Below are positions 47,939-58,926 of a stretch of DNA of 64,000 nucleotides, piece by piece. This stretch comes from Amoebophrya sp. A120 (Eukaryota > Protista > Dinoflagellata), in the NCBI GenBank assembly GCA_905178155.1, contig CAJINV010000001.1:667643-731642 (forward strand), written 5' to 3'. A program made the translations under genes and the position numbers. The notes under the pieces are model-generated. The model was not told the origin of the DNA, did not search any database, and saw nothing but the letters and a program-made list of their open reading frames with translations. The number at the start of each line of letters is the position of its first letter. Position 1 is the first letter of the stretch.

Positions 47939-50900
47939 ATGGGTGGGACGCAAAGTGTAGTGGCACCTGGTACAACGACGGGGATCACGAGCGGCAGTAC
48001 GGCGGGAGACCAGCCGTCAATGCGTTTCGAGAATTTTCTTATGTACTACAACCCCCTGCATTACATCATCAGTTCTTCCTCCCTGTTCAATTCCGATCCA
48101 TCGTCATCTCGTGGAGGCCAACTGGATCTGCCAAGTGCTGGCACCGCTGGGACATTAGAAAACCATCTATTGCAACAGCAGAACGACAAGAACTTAATGG
48201 CCAGTACTGGCGCTACCCCGGCGGCGGCTCTGGGAGTGGTCTCTGCGGATCAAGATGCGATTCCAGGAAAAATAGACGACCCTGCAGCTGCGGTCCTCGC
48301 AGTGGCAGCAGCCGCATCGCAACCTTCCTGGATCCCCAGTTATTTGATCTGGACGCAGATTCTTGGCGTGGTGATCTACGTGCTTTTTGTCACTTTCAAA
48401 CTCGGGTTTCCCCGGGAGTACGTGGTAATCCAAACGCAGGAAGTGAAACGCGAGACCAAGCGGTGGCCGGTGTGTCTCGGGCACGCGTTGGTCTTCTACC
48501 TGCTGCGCCCGGTGTGCTGCTATCAACTGTAAAAATGTCTGGGTCTGGAAGATTCTGAGACTTGTCATGCACGTGTTGCATGAGCCATGATGTCTGTGAT
48601 GCATGCCCTAGCAGCACAGATTTTTTGAGGGCCTCTTGATGCCTCTTCGGCATGACAAATGCCCTCTCCGCGTAGCAGAACTTGCGTTCCCTTTGCTGCT
48701 CATGCAACACAGATTTTTTTGGAATCCCAATGCAGCATCACAAGCTGCATTCTTCCAGACCCAGACATTTTTCCATTTGATAGCTGCTTCTTTGGCAAGC
48801 CCGGGATTGCCTTGTACGAAAGGTTTCTGCGGTCCTTCACCGTGCGCCATAACAGCTGGGACGTTCCCTATGAAACGGAAAGGATCGATCTTCTTCTACA
48901 AGGGCAAATGAGAAATGCATGTTGTGCATGTTGTAGCTTTGATTCCAATAATTCGTACAACACGTTCCTGGAAGTAGGATAGTAGCTGGACACAAGATCA
49001 AGCGGGCAGCGCATCTATCGTTGTCCTCTTGGAGGATGATCAAGGTCTACATAAAAACAGCATTCGAAATTTTCTTGTTTGCTCTCAAGTGGGTTATTTT
49101 GCGAGTTGTATACGCTCTACAAAAGCAAGCGGGCCGCGCAGCGACAGGTTTTGCTATGGTGCCGATTTTGGGGGGTGCAGGTATGAAGAATTTTTTAACG
49201 TTCTCTCGATGAAAAGCTTGCAGCTTGCAAGTACGTTTTTTTCTCTTGGTATTACCTACGTGACTTAGTCAGTACACGATTACCTACGTGACTTAGTCAG
49301 TACACGTTTCGTTCTTGAACCGAAACCTTAACCTTTGTTGCCAGCGGGAGATGATAACGGGATAAGTGGAAGAAAAACTACCCACAAGAACGTAAGAACC
49401 CACAACCAAACAGACGGAGCCCTGGGTGTGGGACCGGCAGCCTTCGGACTACGTGTCCAAAAACGACTTTTTTACCCGCACCTATGCGAAGAAATACCTG
49501 CCCCAGATGGGCCGCGCGCAAATCGTCAGTCCGGTGGATGGCGTCTGCACGTGGTTCCGGTCCACGATTGACATGCCGAAGCAGCTGAAAAACGACGCGT
49601 TTTGGGATTTGGCGTCCATCGGTATTCCCAACAGCGAACGCTACGAACGCAACCCCGCCTGCATGCTGTATCTGGCGCCAAACGATTACCATTGGTATCT
49701 ATGAATGTAGTCTCAAGTACTGAGAAAAGATTTGAGTGCAAAGAACCGTAGACTGCTTGGAATCGATGCTTGTTCTAGGCGAAGTTTTACGATGATGTTT
49801 TTTTATGAAGGAATTGATTTCTACTTTAGGGCACCACCAGAAAAGCGAAAAAGTAAGTAACGATAAAAGTTCAATAAATCAACAAAAGTTTCCACGCCCC
49901 GGTGACCGGCAAAGTGATTCACTGCACGATGTTCCCGGACTTCTGGAGCGGCACCGTAAAAAGCGACATCTGGGGCTCCGTCAACATCCTCGCCCAACAT
50001 CGGCGCGTGGTCGTTGTGTTTGAAGTGAAAGCGCCCACCAGCGACCGGAAGATGAAAAGATCCACCACTTCCTCGTCCGCCACCTCGCTCCGCGCGACCC
50101 AAAGTTACCGGAGTGTCGCCTCCAGCTGGTTGCCCGAGAAACAAGGTCGTGGGGACAAAGAACAAATAGAAATGACGGAAAGTCGAAACTCTGCAACTGA
50201 GCAAGAACTACCGCAGGACCAGGAAAACGACCGAGCACGAACCCAAATCGACGAGGAGGAGGCACTCACCTCCGGATCCAGTAGTGCTATCGACAGCGAG
50301 ATGAGCAGCGGGAACTTCACCGCGCTATCTACGCCACAGCCCGACGTAGAAGTACTCGATCACATGTCCTCTTCGCCGGACGATGGTGGTCCCGGGTTGC
50401 TGTCCTCTCCGGTGGAGTATGCACTGCAAAAATGTCTGGGTCTGGAAACTTGTAATGCTGAATTGTGAGTAGTGAATTCTCTCTAATGCACAGCCAAGCA
50501 TAAGAAATATTCGCGCGGCTTAGTGTTGCGCTTTCCGCATGCCAAACTGTGCTGTGCATGACAAGCAAAACGGTAAGGGTTTCTTCTTGGACACGCATCA
50601 CAAACTCTTTAGTCATGCCAGACAAGCATGACGAACCTCGCATCCTTCCAGACCCAGACATATTTGCATTTGATATTGAGGAGGAAAATGGTTCTTCTTT
50701 GTCCGGTTCGCCTGCGCGTTCCAGCACTTCTGCTGGCCCCGGTGTTGAGCAAGAGGACTCGGTGCACCGAAGGCGACTGGGTGCGACAAGCAGCTCGTCT
50801 TTTACACCCACTAGAACGGCGGGTTCCAGTGATGGAACTAAAAATGCTTCCCCTGGCACTGCTGAAACAAATCCTTCCCGAAGAAAAGAAGCAGCAGCAG

Positions 50901-51953
50901 CGTCGTCAGGCTTCTCTACTACGACTCCGGTCACCCCTGGCAATGCAAACGTAGTTTCGAATGAAGAGGACAAGAACAATCTTGCATCGCTGCCAGCGTT
51001 ATTTCCTGCCCGTACCAGCAGCGCAGCATCATTCCAGTCCACCGATTCGGGGATCTCTTCGACCACACGACAGCAGCAGCAGAACCAACAAGTGCCGCGG
51101 AAGAAGTACGTGGCGATGGTGATTGTCGGCGGGATTACCGTGGATAGCATCAGGATGGACATCCACTGCGACATTGACAAGAGTTCGCGGACCAAGGAAA
51201 AGCAGCAGCAATTCGAGGCAGACGACGATTGGCTGGATTGCAACGCGCCATTGCATACGGAAATCGCAAAAGTATCGCTCTCGCATGAAAAATTGCATCA
51301 CAAATGCTTTGTTCAGGTTGAAAAAATGAATTTGTAATGCTAATTTAGTAAGTACCTCATCCTCAGTACGAGAGAGATTTGTCATGCAGTACTGCAATTT
51401 TTACGACTATCGGAGCGCGAAGATACTTTTGCCCTGGACATTGCACCACCCGAACTCCACCGCAGTTTTGGACGACAGCACGACCGAGTCCTCCTCGCAG
51501 GAGGAGGACGACCACGACGGGAGTTCCAAAAATAGCGGCGAGAATGTCGAATCCAGTCTAAACAACCGGCTGAGAAGCGGTAAACCAGCGTTGACGCAGC
51601 TCCCTGCAGCAGCCAGCACGGCGTCGACGGCAAGCATGTTGAGTGAAGAGGACGTGGAACTACAAGAAGATCGAAATGTGGACGAGGTCGAAAACAGCCA
51701 GACGTCGGGGAAGAATTTGTCTGGCGGGCAGGCCGGTAGTTCTAGCAACTCCTCAAAGACCTCCACGAGCAAAAGACAGTACGTGCGGAAGGGCGACAAG
51801 ATCGGGTGTTTCGCGCGCGGTGGCAGTCTGGTTGCCATGTTTTTCTCGCACAGTGTGCGCCTCGACCCGGCTGTCACGCAGACACGGGAAAAATTCGGGC
51901 CTATGGACTTCAAACTGCACTTCGGGGAAAGTCTAGGGAGCATGCTGTTTTAG
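47939..51953 (+). CDS. Phosphatidylserine decarboxylase-like proenzyme
   Basis: NDFFTR, IVSPVDG, YLAPNDYHW, VAMVIVGGITVDSI and VRKGDKIGCFARGGSLVAMFF (G-S autocleavage motif). 3 introners and 2 other introns; the donor of the intron ending at 49413 is uncertain. Confidence 0.88.
48521..48782. mobile_element. Introner family A
   Basis: Family A TIRs, DR GCTGC, sibling of 27483-27744. Confidence 0.92.
49251..49306. repeat. Perfect 28-bp tandem duplication in an intron
   Basis: ATTACCTACGTGACTTAGTCAGTACACG x2. Confidence 0.95.
50418..50675. mobile_element. Introner family A
   Basis: Family A TIRs, DR TGGAG/TTGAG, sibling of 13338-13575. Confidence 0.9.
51256..51440. mobile_element. Introner family D (diverged)
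   Basis: GCAAAAGTATC / GATACTTTTGC, DR TTGCA, joins APL|HHPN. Confidence 0.8.
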
Positions 51954-52770
51954 GGGTAAAAAATAAAGTGAGGATATATAATTGAATTTTAACCACATGA
52001 TCAGACGGGCCATTTAGTTGTTCTAGTTGCACAATGAGAGAAAATACAGGACTACTCCTACGTAGTGATGATGGAGAAAATACAGTACTACTAGTCCTGA
52101 TGTGGTAGTAGAAATTATAGGGAGGTGCGGCTGCGAGGAGAGCAGTTTGTCCCTTCAATGACAATGAGGAATTCAATGCCCTCGATGCGATTATCATTAT
52201 TGCCGCTGCACCAGCAGCTGTTTGATGAGTGTACAAAAGAAATAAAACGTAGTATACTAGTAGATCATGCGCTTCTCCTCTCAAATTTATGGATGCTTTG
52301 AATTGACGAAGGCGAACTCCCACGACTGGCGCAACTAGATTCGGCTCGGCGAATATGAATCAGAATCTTCGTCATATTGATTTTAAGTACATACACCTAC
52401 ATGCGAAAAATCCGAAGCAACAGTGGCAGCTGTCAAAGGAGGGTAAGAACTACTGCTGTTCTTTTTCCGAAACTTCGCTGTCCAGTTTTGGTGACGCGAG
52501 GTAGCAAGTGCTTGGCGCAATTTTCTCCCCGAAGGAACGTTGTTTCCACCTTTATAGCAACTACTCAAGGACGAGAAAGCGACGTGCCTGAGGGAGAGAG
52601 CAAGAGTACCTGCAGGTCTTCTGAGGTTGACATCAAACCTTTCTACATGTAGAAAGTTAACGCTACGTCTGTATTCGTGGGCGTGCTCTTATCTTGCTTC
52701 CCGCTTCGCATTTATTGTACGGTACCGCAAAGTAGATAGAAGCAGAAGGGGATTTGGAAAAATCAAAGTC

Positions 52771-55359
52771 ATGTCCTGTGTACCCAGGCGGGGGCCGCAC
52801 GCCGCGGCACGGCTGCTGTGTGCCACCTACCTGACCCAGGCATTGCTGGGCCCTTCCAGTCTGGTGGTTCGCGGGATCAAGCCCGTGACGCTGGTGGAGA
52901 AGACAAAAACTACGACAAAATTGGCGAAGGAAGAGATTGAGCCGGTTACCCTGGTGCACAAGAAAACGACGAAATTGGAGTCTTCGGCCGAGGGAAAAGC
53001 GGAGAAACGGAAAGCAGAGGAAAATAAAGCGGAGATCAAAAAAAAGGCCACGAAAGAGAAAAAGGCGGAAGAGGGCGCAGACGCTGAGGAGAAAGCCGAG
53101 GAGAAACTCGAGGAGAAAGCCGAAGAAAAAGCCGAGGCTGAGGAGGGCAACGAGGCATCGGCGGAGGAAGAGGTCTATCAAATGCAAAAATGTCTGGGTC
53201 TGGGAGGTTGCGAGATTTGTCATGCTTGTCTGGCATGACTCTGAGCCCTGTGTTGCAAAAACGCAGTTTCTCACGCGTAGTACGCAACTCAGAACCATGG
53301 AAAAAACTTGTCATGCTTGGCAGCGCACTATAGTGAGTTCACTATTCCCTCTCTTGCATCACAAGTTTCCAGACCCAGACATTTTTGCAATTCATAAGGT
53401 CGAGGAAAAAGCGGACGCCGAGGAGGGCAATGAGGCCTCGGCGGAAGAGGACGCCGAGTCGGAGAACCAAGCCTGGCGGGTCGCGGCGAAACAAGAGCGG
53501 GTGGACAAGGTGAAAGCAAGATATGCATTGTCGGACCGTGTCGTACTAGTAGATTTTCAACAAATGATCGCACTTTTCATTTTGTTCAAACTTGTTGAAA
53601 TAATTATCAGAATGAATGGACTTCGTCAACACGGTGGTTCACAACGAGGAAGCAAGAAGCGCATGATCTGTCATGCATGATCAACCCGTTTAATACTATA
53701 ACGAGTACGACGCTTTTGCAGTGGATCTATGACGCATGATGAGCAAAGAAGCGATCGAGGAGCGAAGCAGGAAGACCAAGGCGCAGTTCAAGTCGAGCCG
53801 GCACTTCTGCTACTGGACGGAAGACACGTACTTCAAGGAGGAAGACGCCGCGGGGAAGCACCAGCGGCGGGGCACCTTGGAGGAGCTGACGACGAAGGCT
53901 GCCTTATCAAATGCAACTGTGTCTGGGTCTGGAAGACTGCGCGTTTCGTGGGACGGCAGGTTTCTTCGCATGACCGAGGAGGTTTGGAATGCGGGCTCTT
54001 GCATCACAATCTTTTAGAGGGCTCGTCGATGCCTATCTTGCATGAGAAGCGTTGTCTTGATCGGATGATCAAAGACAAAATTGAGGAGCGCTTTTGCTGG
54101 TCATGCAACACAGATTTTTCTTGTCGACGAGACCTAGCATCACAAACTCGGTTTCTTCCAGACCCGCACATATTTGCCTTTGATATGCGTACGAGCTGTA
54201 CAAGGAGGTGCCGACCGTGACGGCGGACGACCTGGCGGCGCTGGTGACCAAGAAAAAGGCCGCCGTGGTGGTGTTTTTCGCAACCTGGTGCCCCTTCTGC
54301 ACGAAGGTGGTGGAAGAAGGCCAGGACGACGACACCCCGGCGCCGTACTCCGAATTTTGGGGCGAGGTGCACGACGACGACCTGTTGAAGGACAAGCTGG
54401 AAGTAGTGAAGTACGACGCTTCGATATCCAAGAAAAAAAGGTTGTTAGTGTAAATTTGTGATGCGCAACATGCAAATTGATTGCGCCTGTCGTGCTGGGC
54501 ATGCATTGTAGGGTCCATTCAACGGCGTTTTCCCGTACTATCTGCGCATGACAGGTTTTTCCTGTCATGCGAGAGATATTTGTGATGCTAATCCTCCAAG
54601 AAAGTTACACCCACAATCTTTTTTTTCTGGATATTCGAACACCGAGGACTTGGAAAAGGTGCCGAAGGAGTTCGGGCAGATCAAGTTTTTTCCAAACGTG
54701 AAGGGCCTCACGGCGGACGGCAAGCTGAAAGAGTTTGACAACGACCCGCGCTCTATCCAAGAGAAATATGATACATAATGTCGGGGTCTGGATAGAAATG
54801 ATTTGACATCGTCTGTCGTGCAGTTCTTGCAAGTACATGTAAGTAGGACAGGAGGCCTGGAGTGCATGCGGAGCATGACAAATTCTGCGGAGCAGTGGCT
54901 TCACCTGTCTATAGTCGGCATGGATGAGGAACAATGCGAATGCCCTCTCTAGCAGACAAAAGTCGCAAGGTTCTTTTGCGGAGCTATGCAACACAGTTTT
55001 TTACCTGTTCCCCGCATAGTAACAGGTTTACATCACAGTTTTGCATCCTGTACTTCCAGACATCCGGGGATGAAGATATTTCTCATGCATACGCTCCTCG
55101 GACGAACTCTTCGAGTTCGGCAAGGCAGTGGCGGGCGAGGCCCAGGGCCCGAGCATGAAGTATGCTGTGCAAAAGTATCGTACTCGTATAAATGCATTAC
55201 AAATTTCCTCAGCATGAGAGCTGGACTTTGTCATGCTGTTTTACCTTAAGGACAAGACTTGTCATGCATAAACGCAATTAGTACGAGTGCGATACTTGTG
55301 CTGAGGATATGAAGGTCACCTTGACAATGACGGGCCGGAAAATGACGGGCAAAAAGTAA
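52771..55359 (+). CDS. Thioredoxin/PDI-like protein with signal-peptide-like segment and Glu/Lys-rich N-terminal region
   Basis: AAVVVFFATWCPFCTKVVE (CxxC), QIKFFPNVKG (cis-Pro loop-like). 5 introners and 1 other intron; stop at 55357-55359. Confidence 0.82.
53176..53396. mobile_element. Introner family A (inverted relative to 14224/34297)
   Basis: Family A TIRs, DR AGGTC. Confidence 0.92.
53905..54185. mobile_element. Introner family A
   Basis: Family A TIRs, DR TGCCT/TGCGT. Confidence 0.9.
54425..54633. mobile_element. Introner family G
   Basis: TATCCAAGAAAAAAAG / CTTTTTTTTCTGGATA, DR TTCGA. Confidence 0.88.
54754..55091. mobile_element. Introner, A-related diverged
   Basis: TATCCAAGAGAAATAT..GTCTGGA / TCCAGAC..ATATTTCTCATGCATA, DR CGCTC. 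Confidence 0.85.
55161..55309. mobile_element. Introner family D
   Basis: GCAAAAGTATCGTACTCGTA / TACGAGTGCGATACTTGTGC, DR TGAAG, sibling of 17103-17256. Confidence 0.88.
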
Positions 55360-56400
55360 GAACCGGGACGAGGAGAACGTGCGAAGAGGAGCAATTTATG
55401 TTCCATGTAACAAGCACGCGATGTTTCTAAACGATCCAGGTGCGACTACGTGGCTGAAATCACGATTCTGTACGATGATTATTTCCAACAAGAAGCAATA
55501 AAGCGAATACAAGGGTTGATTTTTTGGAAGAAAATTTAAGCTAAGTTTACTGTGTCCGTCGCGTTGAGGATTGATTTATTCTAAATTGAGACAGGACATC
55601 GGCTAGCACTTATCGGAGATTTTAAAAAAATTATGAGGTTCATAGTATTACCCTGGGGCGGCAATATAGTCACTGATGAAGTAGAGCCCCAGGTTTGAAT
55701 GTAAGTACTGAAGATCTGGACTGCGGCGGGCCTGTGAAACCTTTTTTTTCTGAAAATTTCAAATGAAATTCCTATCTCGGAGATCGGTGGCAGCAAGAAA
55801 AGCATGGAGTTGTTGCTGGTGTTACAGTTCTCACTTATTCACAAATAAATTTAAATACACCGCACACTCGTTGCCGATGTCTTCTCCTATCTGGCAGTAG
55901 CGCAGCAGCGTTGCGTTTCTTTCTGGACCTTCGTTACTCAGTTTTTTCTTTTCGTCGTCACGTGTGTGTATCAGATTTCTGAAATCGTTCTTTGTCTCGT
56001 TCCACGTAGAAGTAGAACGAAGATGAAAGCGTTCGTGCGCCATTTGTTTCGTCTTGCCTGGTACCTCGTTGGTTTCCTCCTCGTTCAAATCGTTGTCGTG
56101 GAAAAAGCGTTGCTTCGTCGCACAGACTCTTTCGTCCTCTTCCTTCGAAAATTGTATGCTTTCTTCAACAGTTGTGTTTGTGATGCAGTGTCCCTGCTGT
56201 GCGAACCGGAGACGGCATTTGGGAAAGGTGTATCAGTACTTCTAGTAGCTTTGCTCATGAAGATAGATCAGATCTCTTTATTTCTCTTGTTCCTGTTTCG
56301 GAATACCAGCTGTCCTACGTTGTAGCTTTTATTGCTTCAGAGGTATTAGCGGGTAGAGTTTCAGTTTGTTTTTTTTTGTTAAACAGCACCAGTCGGCACT

Positions 56401-57855
56401 ATGGTCGTAGAACTGCAGCAGGGTCGTGGCCTTTCTCCCGCCTCCGCCACCTACGGTGCGTGGGTGGAGCGTCGCGCAACGGATTTTTGTGAGCAGCTGA
56501 ATAGGGACCTTGAGGACCAGTCCGCGGCAGACCGGCTAAAGATCGGAAAAGACGTCCAGCACGCCGCGGACGTTCTGAACAAAAACGCGGCCCGTGCGGA
56601 ACAACAAGCGGTTGCGGAAAAGACGCTGGACGCGCATTTATCCTGCAGCGCGGCAGCCAAGGCGGGGCGACTGTGCTGCAAAAACAGCATGACGGACGCC
56701 ACGGACGGCCGCGTGATCGGCGCGCCGCTATTTGTCTGGGTGCCGGGGAAAGTGAACAATTACTACGCGGACGCGGTCGCCGGTGTGGGGGCAGCACACG
56801 CTGCGAACAACGCGAACGGAGGACAAGCTCCAGTGCCGGACCGGCCTGCGTTCGTTGTGCGCGAAGATGCATTTCGCGAAGTAGTGCTCGCGCCAATGCG
56901 TGCAGCTATGCGGAACCGGCCTGAAGAACTTCCGATGCTGGAGCGGCCGCAACCCAACGCGGCCCTTCGAAATGTTGTTCACCCGCCGCAGGAGAACGTG
57001 AACAACGCGACCACTGCCTCAGCTACTCGGCCGCACTACGGTGCGCGGATCGAGATTTGGCATCGACACGCGGAGGGCGACGGCCGGCGGTTCCGCTTTG
57101 TCAGTGCTTTTCCAAAATACGGCTCGAACAAGATGTCGGTGGTGTTCGGGCCCCTCGGGGATTCGCTCGTCCAAGACCAAATGCGCGCGTGGATGGCTGC
57201 GGTCCGCCGCTCGACTGCCCGGGGAGAATCCTTAGCCGGGTCGTCGTCCTGCTCCTCTCCTGCGGCACTGTTTCCACTCCCAAATTTGCCCGACGAGGTG
57301 TTTCACCAGATCAAGTCTTTCCTGCGACCGGTGGAGTCGGTGCTGCTGAACCCAACGCACCTCGCGTACCTCGCGGGACAGCGGCGGCTGCAGGACCTGG
57401 AGCGCGTCCTCGACCACGCTCTGGCCGCTTGTCTGCAGGACATGCAGCAGCAGGCGGCGAGTGTGCACCCCGGGTTGACGAAGATAAATGGGAAATTGTT
57501 TTTGTCAACCGACCGGCTGAAGGTCTGGGAGAGCGGGAATTTGAGCCTCGGCGTCAAGCTCGGCAACACGATCTGCTCCGTGGAGGGCCCCCGGGTGTGG
57601 CCTTGCAAGGAGGAGGAGGAAGTGACCGGGAGCGCAGCGTGGGAGGCACAACGGCTGCAAGACATCGCCGCGAAATGTAGCATGGTGCCGCCTTCCAAGG
57701 CAGAGGCCCGGTTTGATAACATTATGTCCGCGCTCCGTACATTCTTTGAAGGAAAAGGGCTCACCTTTTCACCAAGCGACCAATGCCGCGCCAGCTTCGC
57801 CATCGCGTGGCCAAGAAAACAGAGCGCAGAGGACGGCGAGGCAGCATTGCGGTAA
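56401..57855 (+). CDS. Hypothetical protein with a weak F-box-like motif, intronless as seen
   Basis: 484-aa GC-rich ORF containing LPNLPDEVFHQIKSFL. Confidence 0.7.
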   Translation: MVVELQQGRGLSPASATYGAWVERRATDFCEQLNRDLEDQSAADRLKIGKDVQHAADVLNKNAARAEQQAVAEKTLDAHLSCSAAAKAGRLCCKNSMTDATDGRVIGAPLFVWVPGKVNNYYADAVAGVGAAHAANNANGGQAPVPDRPAFVVREDAFREVVLAPMRAAMRNRPEELPMLERPQPNAALRNVVHPPQENVNNATTASATRPHYGARIEIWHRHAEGDGRRFRFVSAFPKYGSNKMSVVFGPLGDSLVQDQMRAWMAAVRRSTARGESLAGSSSCSSPAALFPLPNLPDEVFHQIKSFLRPVESVLLNPTHLAYLAGQRRLQDLERVLDHALAACLQDMQQQAASVHPGLTKINGKLFLSTDRLKVWESGNLSLGVKLGNTICSVEGPRVWPCKEEEEVTGSAAWEAQRLQDIAAKCSMVPPSKAEARFDNIMSALRTFFEGKGLTFSPSDQCRASFAIAWPRKQSAEDGEAALR

Positions 57856-58926
57856 ACGGGAAGAAGCATAGTACTCGAACACTTTGGCGGAGAAGTCTAC
57901 TCAGCTGGTCAGAATGTGTTGTAAGAGTACTAAGTAGTTTAGTCGTTTGAGGAGGTAAAAAGCTGCTTACGTGGGCCCTTGTGGCGCTGTTATTTTGCGT
58001 TTTCCCTTGCACAGTGAGCCACGCTACTTCTTCGCTGGTCTTTTCTTTTTCTATTCTCTTTGTACTAGCACTATCTGCTTGCATGGCGATGTGAATATTA
58101 AGGAGTCGCATCGATGCGCGAGTAGCTGTAAATTTACAGTACTACGATATTTTTTTTTTTGAAAACCATGATATGTCACCTACCCGTTTCAGCTTCCACT
58201 GTCTACTGAATTCATTTTCTCATCATGATCTATGAAAGAATAAAGCTCCTCCTTGATGACGTCGTTTTCAAAAAGAGGAAGACCGTAGTCGGATTGGTTT
58301 TCGCGTAGAAGACTTGCAGCTCTACTTCAGGAACTGTACATATTTTTCCGTCTCTCGTTGCCAGAGAGAGTTCGAGTTGTCATTCGCCGGACTTCTTCTG
58401 AAACGAGTGCCGTTGCATTGAAGCTGTTGTCTTTGTCTTCCAGTGGCCGATATGTCGGGCCTTTTTGGGGGACCTAGTACTCCGACGACAGCACGAAAAC
58501 CGAGGACGGGTCTGCTCGTGCTCGCCTGGAAGGATATCATTTGAACCAAATTTACAAAACTAACCACATACCACGTATCTCGCTTTCTTCAACATCAGCG
58601 CGACAACGTCGAACCCGCGCTCTGGGGTCTTCGCAGCTAAGTACAGGAAGGGAGAGCACCCGTTAAACTTAAACTTCGCCTCTGAGGGACGTAGAGCGAG
58701 TGCTTGACAGCCTAGACGCGTGCGAGTGATCAGAGCGATGACAAACTGGGTGTAGAGTAAAACAAATTCACCCTCACCGATAATGATGAAAGGAGTGACA
58801 CTTTTAGTTTTAGATACGGGCGGAAAATAAACTGCAAGTCACTGTCGAAAAAAATGAAATGCAGCCTACGTATTGCGCTAAAAATGTTCTAAACACGTAG
58901 TGAAATTGTGACTCATTGTCAACATC

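Noticed and set aside
49251-49306. 28-bp tandem duplication as a functional element
   Set aside because: A single local slippage-type duplication in an intron with no other supporting signal
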